Part shown: positions 18,209-28,200 of the stretch, in pieces
How the letters are laid out: every line of letters begins with the position of its first letter
Numbering within the stretch: position 1 is the stretch's first letter
Virus record (IMG/VR): IMGVR_UViG_3300043774_000656
Coordinates: 1-64,000 of that record
DNA length: 64,000 nt
From: a virus
Direction: 5' to 3' (one strand)
Translations under genes and position numbers: made by a program
The notes under the pieces: model-generated
The model's database searches: none
What the model was told of the DNA's origin: nothing
What the model saw: only the letters and a program-made list of their open reading frames with translations

Positions 18209-20605
18209 TTAGTTACCTTTAGTAGTATCAGATTTACTATTACTTGGATTTCCGGTACCTTGGTTTATTATAACCTGTGAGCTTGATATACCCTGTTGCT
18301 TTTGTAAAATATATTCAAGTTCAGCTTCATTTGGTTTAGAAGCAGTTGAATTATTTGAATTACCAGGATAGTTAGGATTTGGACTTACAGGATTTCCGTT
18401 TATGTAAATTGTATCAGTCTCCTTTAGTGCAGTAGTTGAACCGCCAGATATAATGCTTTGTATTATACTATTACTAGAATTTGTGATACCTGCAATAGCC
18501 TGCTGATATGCTGTCTGCTGTTGAGCTATAGCGTCTTGTGCCTGTGATAAATTACCTTGTACTGCAGCTAAGTCTCCACCTAATTCAGAAACGTTAGCTT
18601 CAAGGCTGGCAATGTATTGTTTCTGATAATCTATTTCAGCTTTAAGTGAATTGATCTCAGCATCTCTTGAATTTATAATAGCAGCTGAAGCTTCACTCAG
18701 AGAATCAAATGATTGTTGTAAATCATCAATAGTATCTGAGGCTACTTTGTCAACCTTTTCTTCTACACTATACCAAGTACCATTATACATCAAAGTCTCT
18801 TCACTTGTACCACCACCTGTTTCTAAAACAGTGGATATATAATAATTTTTATCTGTCATACCTAGTATCTTACTAGATTCTTCAGATGGTATTTTAAAAA
18901 CAACTTCACCGTCAGCAGGATCTAAATCTTTGATATTAGTATAGCTTCTAAGTTTAATTTTTAAACCTGTCTGCTTATCAAAGAAGTTTATGTATACTGT
19001 ACCAACCTGTGTAAGATCTACTAATTGAGGTTCACCTACACCTGATGCGTTTGAAACAGCATTATTATAAATTATAAATTGATAGAAGTTATCAAACGGT
19101 GATATACCAATGGGAGCTTCACCCTGTTGATACACTTTATCTGTTTCTGAAATCTGCTCAATCCTTAAAGGTATATCTGCAAAGCTAGTTGAATCGTCTG
19201 CTGCCGTAGGTATTACATCACCTTGTTGTTTAATTGCAGGTATTATCTTAACAGATGATACACTAGCACTAATTCTATTTCTGTCTACAAAACTGGTTAC
19301 AAACTCTGTCTGTACTACAGTTGTACTAGAACCCTGATCAAGATTCATGTTATTGTAAGTTTTCAAATTTACAATAGGCTTATTGTCAGGTAAAACGTTA
19401 TAGACTTTAGCAACATTAGGCTCCAGTCCCAGGTTTATCTTACGTATTCTTCTTCCGTATTTCTTAACATCAAAGCTAGTAAACTGAGCCTGTCTAATTA
19501 TTTGAGAATTATCATACGTGTTATAAATCCTAAGAGTATATTCAATTCTATAAGAAGTTGCTATAGATGAATTAAGTACAATTGGTCTAAACTTATATGG
19601 TATACCAAAGTCTTCAGTCTGTATAAAGTTTTGCTCACTGGTTTTTAAGAAGTCTGAACCGACTTGCTCAATAACTCTTACATCATGGAATATAGCAATC
19701 TTGGTATTAGGTTGCTGGTCAAGTGTTACAATAAAATCCTCATATATGTCGCCATTATAAGACCCATACAATTCAAAGTAATCACCAGCAGTTGACTCTT
19801 GTATTACAGCACTTAAACCAGAATACTCATCTGTTCTACTTATACTAGTTTTAACATCATTACCTGTATTGAAAAACTTATAACCATTAACTGTATCAGT
19901 CGAAGATATTATCTTGAATGAAAAGTCAATCATGGTAGTAGGATGAACTCCTTTACCATAAGTCATCAAATAAGATAATGTAGTAGGAACAGTTGGGTTA
20001 GATATAGTGACATCATTAAGATAGCTAATAGCAGGAATCTTAAGCTCAATATATCTGGTATAAAGCTTCTCACCCATTACAAATTCGTCCGGGTTAAGAA
20101 CTTCGTAGCTATCACTATTCAGATAGGCAATCGAGGTTAAGTTTTGCTTTTTACCAGCCTTATCTGTAAACTGTACTTCAAATATAAAACCGTCACCCTG
20201 TGTTGCTATAGAATAGCCAGAAACAAGGTGTAATCTAACAGTGTCATACTGTAAAGCTTCTACAGGTATGTTAGGCGGTGTAGTAAGCTGAGCTAAAAGA
20301 GCAGTAACATCCGTTAAATTAGCGTCATAGTCTAGATAATTTAAAGGTACATTGGTTGTTAAGTACGCATACTTATTTCTAGCACTATTAACGGGTACTG
20401 CACTGAATTTTCTATAGTTACCAGTAGGTACATAAGGGTTATCTTCAGTAAATAGGAATTTAGTTCCCGTATAACCATTATTCAATATCATACAACGTGC
20501 ACCATTAGTGTCTGTATCAATTACAGTTGGTGCCGCAGGATCTTGGTAGATATACTCAAGTAAAACCTGTGAGTTAAGTTGTAGATATTTAGATGTAGAT
20601 GCCAT
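18209..20605 (-). CDS. Virion structural protein (baseplate-associated, C-terminal coiled coil)
   Basis: 798 aa, beta-rich with a C-terminal heptad region, in the structural operon. Confidence 0.5.
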   Translation of the reverse strand: MASTSKYLQLNSQVLLEYIYQDPAAPTVIDTDTNGARCMILNNGYTGTKFLFTEDNPYVPTGNYRKFSAVPVNSARNKYAYLTTNVPLNYLDYDANLTDVTALLAQLTTPPNIPVEALQYDTVRLHLVSGYSIATQGDGFIFEVQFTDKAGKKQNLTSIAYLNSDSYEVLNPDEFVMGEKLYTRYIELKIPAISYLNDVTISNPTVPTTLSYLMTYGKGVHPTTMIDFSFKIISSTDTVNGYKFFNTGNDVKTSISRTDEYSGLSAVIQESTAGDYFELYGSYNGDIYEDFIVTLDQQPNTKIAIFHDVRVIEQVGSDFLKTSEQNFIQTEDFGIPYKFRPIVLNSSIATSYRIEYTLRIYNTYDNSQIIRQAQFTSFDVKKYGRRIRKINLGLEPNVAKVYNVLPDNKPIVNLKTYNNMNLDQGSSTTVVQTEFVTSFVDRNRISASVSSVKIIPAIKQQGDVIPTAADDSTSFADIPLRIEQISETDKVYQQGEAPIGISPFDNFYQFIIYNNAVSNASGVGEPQLVDLTQVGTVYINFFDKQTGLKIKLRSYTNIKDLDPADGEVVFKIPSEESSKILGMTDKNYYISTVLETGGGTSEETLMYNGTWYSVEEKVDKVASDTIDDLQQSFDSLSEASAAIINSRDAEINSLKAEIDYQKQYIASLEANVSELGGDLAAVQGNLSQAQDAIAQQQTAYQQAIAGITNSSNSIIQSIISGGSTTALKETDTIYINGNPVSPNPNYPGNSNNSTASKPNEAELEYILQKQQGISSSQVIINQGTGNPSNSKSDTTKGN

Positions 20606-20850
20606 TATTCAGTTATGTATTCTAAGGTCATAGTGTCAAGTTTACCAGGACCGTATTTTTCTTTTAGATAATCTCCAAACTCTTTTTCGCTGGTTCTAGT
20701 ATTATCAAGTTCTACAGAAAGCTTTTCTTGTTTTTTACTAAGCTTACTTAACTTGCTTTCTACTTGATTGATCTGCTCATGTATTTTTCTATATCCATCC
20801 ATGAGACCAGCTATAGTTAATTGATCTTCTAAATCTAATTGCTTTTTCAT
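20605..20850 (-). CDS. Hypothetical coiled-coil protein
   Basis: 81 aa, coupled to the next gene, ends in LKEKYGPGKLD. Confidence 0.6.
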   Translation of the reverse strand: MKKQLDLEDQLTIAGLMDGYRKIHEQINQVESKLSKLSKKQEKLSVELDNTRTSEKEFGDYLKEKYGPGKLDTMTLEYITE

Positions 20851-20867
20851 ATATTATTTATTACAGA

Positions 20868-23800
20868 TTAAACGAACCAACTTGCAGGATCTAATTCATA
20901 TGTGCCTGACACTATTAAATCATATGTCATATATGAGTTCCAGTTATATGAACTTGCATTTGAAATCGGCATAAATGGTTGACCAGTAGAATCTATTAAA
21001 AATCTGGTTAGATGTTGCTGATATGCAAAAGAAGCATATACGTTAGTTACTGGATTCCCAACACTTATACCAAGAAATGGTGCACCGCCTATATTTGCGT
21101 TTATAGTAACATAATCACCTAATGTAGCCACACCAGTTCTCTTAAAATAAAATCTTTCAAATTCTGGGTCATAAAACATAGCAACCGGCTTCTTTAATAG
21201 AATTGCATTATCACCAGGATTGTTACTACCCATAATATAATCAGATATTCTACTTCCACTTATATTTCGATTTCTTAAATATAAAGTACCAGTGCCATAG
21301 AAAGATGCAGACGACGTATGATCAAAATCACTATTATTATACCACTGATAAGCATCTTTCATCTTTGGTTTAGGTATTCTACCTGTCATTGAACCACCAC
21401 CTGTAAATATTGCTGGATTAGCTATCTCAAAAAAGTCCGACCAGTTAGCCGCGTTATACGAGCCAGTTATTTGCCTCGCAGTTCTAAAGTTTAGATTAGC
21501 CATGAATAATCTAAAATGAACGGTGTACCCAATTACTTTATAATAAAATTTCCAATTAGAAAGAAGATCCGGCAATCCTGTGTTCATATATGAGGCTGCG
21601 ACTGTTCCGACGCCTGAAGCACCTGAATAATAGTTTATTGCATTTGAGAATACGCCACCGACGCTTGCGCCTCCAGTACCTGCAGATCTCAGAGCAGTCT
21701 GACCTAAATCAAATTCTATCCAACCTGCATCAGCATCATTAGTTACAATATCACCGTGTTGTATATTCAAGGCTCGACTGTTTGAATTTTGACCAGTTGA
21801 ATCTCTACTAGACTGTATTGATTCAGGCGCAGCTGATACATTAAGCGATGCACGTCCCTTAGGGTGGAAATTACTTGATGTATCATAAACATTAGTAGAA
21901 TCATTAAAATCATAACCAACATATACTAAACCTGCTCTCATTACACTATTATCTACATATGTAGAGCTGGATGGATTAGTTATTCTTGATCCTAAAAATA
22001 CATTACCAAACAAACCCCAATCATAATCTTGTAATTCACTTGCTGCGTTACCATATCCACCTGAACCAAGTGTATTTTCATAAATCTGTCCACCTGAAAT
22101 ATAAACGTCACCTGCATACCATGCTTTTTGCGGCCTATCTGTGACATAAATCATATCGCCACCTTCAATAATAACATCTGTACCTTTAACCATTGCCGGC
22201 TCAAATGTACCAGGTCCATTACTATCATAGATTGTCTGACCGGGTTTTATACCTAATGGATTAGCAACACCGGCTGCGTATGCAGACGAGTTTTTCTTAA
22301 ATAAATATACAGGTGTTGTTATTGTTAAATTTTCAGGGCTGTTATTAGCGGTATAAGAATCATATATGTCAGAAACGCTAGAGTTATTATTACCAGGTAA
22401 TGCATATCCAGCAGTGTCTATTGATATACCAGCTCTTATAAATCCTGTATTCTGATCATAATTATATTGTGCTAGAGCTTCATTTCCGGTAATTTGACCT
22501 ATAACCAATGATCTATTTGTAAAAGTAGTCGCAACAGCCGATGCATTTGATATATTAAACCATCTACCCGCATTTTGCGCACTAAGTGCATTAGTAGTAC
22601 CAATATTGCTTGCCCAGTTGGTAGTAAGAGTTGTTGTTTTACTTGTGGTAATACCTGTAGCTACAGCTAGGTCTGGAAATCTAACAGGTTGTCCTATACT
22701 AGTATTACCCTGTGGTGTAATTTCAAAAAGTATAACAGAATCAGCAACTGTATTACTCGCAGATCTTTTAGTTATAAGAAGTGGTCTATTACCTGTAATT
22801 GCAGCACCTGTGTTATCTCTTACAACAGGTGTTCTAGTAGTACTAATATTACTACTTGGAGTTACAGCCCAGTATCTTGACTCTATTTCTAAACCTATAC
22901 CGGTATTATAAGGATTCTGAATTGAACCAAGTATGCTTCCGCCGTCTATTTTACCATGTACTATCTTTGTTTGAGCATACGCTGAAGGGTAATATAAAGC
23001 ATATATAGAACCTGAATAAGAAGTCCTAGATGTATTTGTTGCTGTTGCAATTTCAGAACCCTGTACAAAATTCATACTTCCTATAAATATAGGTGTTCCA
23101 ATATACGTATGATTTGTTCTACTATCAGTTAATGTGTTACCAGGAAGTGATGTTATAATTCTAGGTGAAGTTGATGTAGAACCTAATGGATAACCAATTA
23201 TTATATTCTTATTAGTAATTGCATCCTCATGTCCAAAAATCAATGTCGGTATATTATTCGGTCTAACTCTACCTATTATAGCGCCGCCATGTGAAATAAA
23301 GTTAGGCATCCTGATAGTACCTGCAGGTGTAAATCTAGCTTGAGCATTTAATAAAACCTGCTGTTCTATAGTGTCTATCATTATAGACGTCCTAAGATCA
23401 GTATATGTAGTAGCCTGTGTTGTACTATTAGCAGTATTACCTCCTATGACAAGGCTGTTAATAAGGTTATCAGTTGTACCTGGCGCAGGTATGTACTGAT
23501 GAAGCCATGAACCAGGTCCTATATACCAGTTACCACCAGCGTCTGTACTTCCCATTGATGCCAACTTCGATGTGCCGCCAGGTTTATAACTATTAAAACC
23601 TATCATACCCTGTTGTATGTTTATCGAAGAGTAAACATTTATCGAATTAAATGCAGATGTACCAAGCGTTAAAAGAGAGGTCGGTGTACCTATATTTCTA
23701 GCAGAAGATAATTGACCTTCAAAGAAAATAGAATTACCTATAATACCTGGTTCGAGTGAACCACCTGGGTTATTAAAAGTAATTGATGTAGAATTTGACC

Positions 23801-25205
23801 ATGTGTTACCAACTATAATACCAGGAAAAGTTACGTTAGACACACTATTACCTGAAGGGTAACTAGATCCTCCGTTTATTGCTAATTTACCATTTACATT
23901 ATTAATGCCTGCTGCACCAAAATAACCTATACCTACTCTACCATTAGTAAATGTCTGTAAATTTAGATATGTTTGGTTTGCACCAGTAATCTGGTCGGTT
24001 GTTAATAATCTAATACTTTTACCCTGTGAACCTACAAGCCAATAGCCAGCAAAACTAGAAGATAGATTGCTATTATGGGTGATATTTAACTGTACACTCG
24101 TGTCTGTAAGACTATGTGTAACTATAGACCCACTTGAAGCAGCAGATGATGGTGTAACAGGTGGCACAGATATGTATAAAGCGCCATTAGTTATTTCAAA
24201 TCGTCTAGAATTAGTATTTAATAAAGCTGTCTGTGTAATCGGAAGAATAGGGTTAATAGCCTGTAACTGTACATTACCAGATCTAGCGGTAACATTAACA
24301 TTCCAGTTATCATTAGTTGCACCAGCATCATTAAAACCAAATAAATTAAAAGTATTGTTTACAGTGTAGATGTTAGCATAATCATATGTGCTATTAACAG
24401 GTGCCTGTATCGAAAATTCATCAGTAAGTGCAATCTGAGATCTGTAAGATTCTGGATTACCGGGTGCAGGAGCTTCACTAAAAAGAGTTAAGACGTTATC
24501 TGTATAACTACCGCCTTCTGTTATAATATCTTCAGCCTGTATTGCATCACCTGCACCTAAAACTATTCTAACAACAGGATCATTAGCAGTTATAATCTCA
24601 GGTCTCAAAAAATCATTAAGAGCTGGGCTGGCATCATTAGTTCTAACCCATTCCGTAAAACCTGTAGCTCCTGTACCACCTGTATCACCCTTAATGTTAA
24701 CACCTGTATAGGTCCATGTTTCATTTACACCATTAAATTCCCATACATCACCATCTAAAGATGAGAAAGAATCAAATGTGTCATCAGTTTCCTGTAGATA
24801 TAAATCACCTGATCTAGGTGACTTACCTGTAGTGCCTATAATAAACGAGTTTTCAGGATAAGTTCCTGTAACAGTTACTGCAGCTGGCAAATATCTATTA
24901 GGATCTCCTGAAAATTGAGGATAACCAGGTAGTGAAATGTTATTTACCTTCAACGGTGTACCAGTCCATAAAGGGAATACAAGAGGAGGGTCTGGCGTAG
25001 TAGTAGTTGAAGTGTTATAGATGTCATTCGCGGTAAACCATATAGAACCTCTAGGACCTAATGGACCAGCTGGACCTGATCCTCCTAGTGGACCGGCAGG
25101 TCCACCTCCATTGAGTAATAGCTGATCGAAATTAAAATTGACTTTGTCTACTAAATCTGATACTGTATCAGACGCTAATATCTCTCTAATTACTATATTT
25201 GCCAT
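20868..25205 (-). CDS. Long tail fibre / receptor-binding protein
   Basis: 1445 aa rich in G/S/T/N; N-terminal DKVNFNFDQL anchor, short collagen-like GxxGxx tract, GDLYL...GDVW and GRVGIG fibre motifs. Confidence 0.75.
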   Translation of the reverse strand: MANIVIREILASDTVSDLVDKVNFNFDQLLLNGGGPAGPLGGSGPAGPLGPRGSIWFTANDIYNTSTTTTPDPPLVFPLWTGTPLKVNNISLPGYPQFSGDPNRYLPAAVTVTGTYPENSFIIGTTGKSPRSGDLYLQETDDTFDSFSSLDGDVWEFNGVNETWTYTGVNIKGDTGGTGATGFTEWVRTNDASPALNDFLRPEIITANDPVVRIVLGAGDAIQAEDIITEGGSYTDNVLTLFSEAPAPGNPESYRSQIALTDEFSIQAPVNSTYDYANIYTVNNTFNLFGFNDAGATNDNWNVNVTARSGNVQLQAINPILPITQTALLNTNSRRFEITNGALYISVPPVTPSSAASSGSIVTHSLTDTSVQLNITHNSNLSSSFAGYWLVGSQGKSIRLLTTDQITGANQTYLNLQTFTNGRVGIGYFGAAGINNVNGKLAINGGSSYPSGNSVSNVTFPGIIVGNTWSNSTSITFNNPGGSLEPGIIGNSIFFEGQLSSARNIGTPTSLLTLGTSAFNSINVYSSINIQQGMIGFNSYKPGGTSKLASMGSTDAGGNWYIGPGSWLHQYIPAPGTTDNLINSLVIGGNTANSTTQATTYTDLRTSIMIDTIEQQVLLNAQARFTPAGTIRMPNFISHGGAIIGRVRPNNIPTLIFGHEDAITNKNIIIGYPLGSTSTSPRIITSLPGNTLTDSRTNHTYIGTPIFIGSMNFVQGSEIATATNTSRTSYSGSIYALYYPSAYAQTKIVHGKIDGGSILGSIQNPYNTGIGLEIESRYWAVTPSSNISTTRTPVVRDNTGAAITGNRPLLITKRSASNTVADSVILFEITPQGNTSIGQPVRFPDLAVATGITTSKTTTLTTNWASNIGTTNALSAQNAGRWFNISNASAVATTFTNRSLVIGQITGNEALAQYNYDQNTGFIRAGISIDTAGYALPGNNNSSVSDIYDSYTANNSPENLTITTPVYLFKKNSSAYAAGVANPLGIKPGQTIYDSNGPGTFEPAMVKGTDVIIEGGDMIYVTDRPQKAWYAGDVYISGGQIYENTLGSGGYGNAASELQDYDWGLFGNVFLGSRITNPSSSTYVDNSVMRAGLVYVGYDFNDSTNVYDTSSNFHPKGRASLNVSAAPESIQSSRDSTGQNSNSRALNIQHGDIVTNDADAGWIEFDLGQTALRSAGTGGASVGGVFSNAINYYSGASGVGTVAASYMNTGLPDLLSNWKFYYKVIGYTVHFRLFMANLNFRTARQITGSYNAANWSDFFEIANPAIFTGGGSMTGRIPKPKMKDAYQWYNNSDFDHTSSASFYGTGTLYLRNRNISGSRISDYIMGSNNPGDNAILLKKPVAMFYDPEFERFYFKRTGVATLGDYVTINANIGGAPFLGISVGNPVTNVYASFAYQQHLTRFLIDSTGQPFMPISNASSYNWNSYMTYDLIVSGTYELDPASWFV

Positions 25206-25210
25206 TACTA

Positions 25211-28200
25211 TTATTTTTTATTTAATCTAAAGCTAGGTGCAATAGAATAATTGAATCCAGCTGTCTTATTATATATCAATCTTACATTAAAGTTGTTAAT
25301 ACCATTAAGTGGTACATACTGAACATTACTATCAATTTTATAACCATTGATAATCTTTTGAGCATCAGTTAAAGTTGAATTGATAATAGGAAACTGTTGA
25401 TTAAGTTTAACATTACCTGATTTAAGAACGTACAGAGATAAGTTTCCTAGTTTATATCTAGGAACTATGTTAGATTGGATATATCCATTTACGTCATCAA
25501 CTATATCCTCTTCGCTTCCAAAGCCATAAATCGGATTGATGTATTTGTTAAAGAAATCATAAACACCAAGTTCAGATATAAGTTGAATTATTCTTTTTTC
25601 TAGATATACATCCAAGATAAATCTTCTACTATCTTCATAATAGACAATCTCATACGGATTATCCGGCTTTAGAATATCTCTACCTAGTGTATTTAATTCC
25701 TCTTCACTGTTAGCTCTAATAGCATCAAATGTTTCAGCAGTAATAGAATCCTCTATCTTCATGATCTTAGAACCAAAGAATGATCTTTTTTCTATAACAC
25801 TTCTAGTTCCAGCAATATTGGTTTTTGTATTTTTCTCAAAAAACTTCTGGAAATAGCTAGCGTCCCAATTTGTTTTAAATGTATAGAAATCTTTATAGTC
25901 AATTGAGATCTGACCTGACTTTGGATAAACAGGTAAGAAAGATGACTTTAATGAAAGCTGTGTAATAGAACTAGGATTAACGTCATTCACTTTATGTAAA
26001 TAGAAATTAGGTATAACACCGAAATCATTTATAAACATGAACTGTGTGTTTTTATCTTTCATTCGTGTTTTTATCAAATACTCTTTACTGTCTATAGCAA
26101 GATCTAGTTCTACAGTATAAGGATCTAAGAAGTAAAGAGTGTCATTAAACTTAGGTTGATAATAACCTATATGCCTGTAGATAGGTGATATCTTAGAATC
26201 AGTTCTGCTAAATTCTAACTTATTACCTACAAGTACGTCAATCTCCGTAGTCGTATTAGATCTATCAATAGTTTCAAATGGTCTAAGATAATTAGACTTC
26301 ATTACATAATTCGCAGACTGCAACTCAATAATAAACATATTCTGAATTATACTGCAATCTTCCATGATAGTTGTATACTTTATGGAAGGATCGCCTTGGT
26401 TAACAAGATCTTGTATTGCAGCAAATGATACTTTATTCAATCTGTTTGTCCAGAAATTATAACCACCTTCTAGGTAAGTATAAGTACCTGTTTCCTTAGC
26501 GAAGTCGGTAAGGAACGACCACCCATCAGTGAATGAAGGATATTCAGATAATAAATCAACAACATTTACTATGCTATTGTTTAGTACATTTTTAACCTGG
26601 AAGAGCTGTGCTCCACTACCTGCAGGTTCTACAGATATTTTATTATAACCACCGTCCTTATTATTTAAAACCTCCTCAATAAAAAGTGTTTCTTGACCTG
26701 CTACGTTTTGAATACCTCTTAAAAATGAAGCATTCGCATTTGCCATAAGATATGATCCTGTTGCTGAAGCTGGGTTACTTGTTCTTACACCATCTATAGC
26801 ACCGGATAAAATGATATCATCATATGCTGTTGGTATAGAAGAATCCAAGGATGTAACTTTACTCTTTAACGCATATAATATAGTTCTATCTAGATAATCA
26901 TTCCTTACTGTAGAGTATTGATTATTTTCAAAATACTCAGTCGTACAAAGCAGGTCGTCTATTTTCAAGTAAATCAAAAATGTAATAGACTTGAATTTTC
27001 TATTTTCGAGAAACTCATATTCTATAGTCTTTCTAGGAACTCCACCGTATTGACCATCATGTGGTATTAAAACACATGAAAACTTGTAATCATTATAACG
27101 AGTACTGTATTTGGTTTTTATAGAAGAGATATCATAATCAATTACTATTTGATTTTCAACTCTTTCTTTTACTAAAACTTTTATACCTCTGAAAAGAGTA
27201 GAAGCAAAATTCTGGCTACTTGCACCTTCAAACGTAGAATATCTAAGCTGTTTAACAACAGGTACTGGTACCTCGTCAAACACTGTAAATGGTTGTATTA
27301 AATCACCTGTAGCTATAGCTGTTACACCTGTCGCAGTTCCATCAATAATTGGATATTTAAGATAATCGACAGTAAAATACTCTGTGAAATAATCACTGTT
27401 ACAGTCTAATAAACCGGTCGATGTTACATCTATAGGATCTGGAAAATAACTAAAAACTTTATCCAATCTTTCCGCAGGAAATAAACCATAATATCTAGGT
27501 AACTTCTGGAGATAATACCATTCATGTGTAAAATAATTTACATTTCTATTTTTCTCGTCTGATGCCGGAGAAAAATTAGTTATACCAAAAGCTTCAGATA
27601 CAGTAAGCCTATAATCTGTCTCTCTTACATTTTTACCATTTCTGTATACCCATTTATTGATATAAGGTACTGTTCTAGACGGAACAGACGTTTCTATCAA
27701 ATCATTTTCCTTAAGTCTTTCGTACTCGCTTTCAATATTAGGTGAAGATATAGCCTGCTGACCCTTTTGAAATGATATAACCTCAGAAGTAAGAGTATTT
27801 AATAAAGTCGTGAAACTGGTTCTATTATAAAAATCAAATACATCTTCCTGTGTGACAGGGAATGTAGGGGCCGTTGAGTTAGGATCTGGAAATTGTGAAT
27901 AATAATCTATCTCAGTATTCAGCTCTTTCTCATCACCATACTCTGTACTTAAAAAATCAAAGTCCATACTTCTCATAGGAAATATAGAAAATCTACCAAA
28001 TGGTATATCATACAATTCATACAGGTATATAGAACCCATTGAATCTCTGAACACATCAAACTTATCGTTTATTGCAACAACGCAATACTTATCAAAATCT
28101 TTAAAACCTATTAACTTACCATTTCTATCTCTGATTTCCTCATCTGTATAATAGAATACACTTTTAATCTTTGTTATTGTTTCTGTGATATTCTTATCAT

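Noticed and set aside
25050-25110. GC-rich repetitive tract as a DNA-level repeat element
   Set aside because: Explained by the collagen-like GPAGPLG coding repeat of the fibre.
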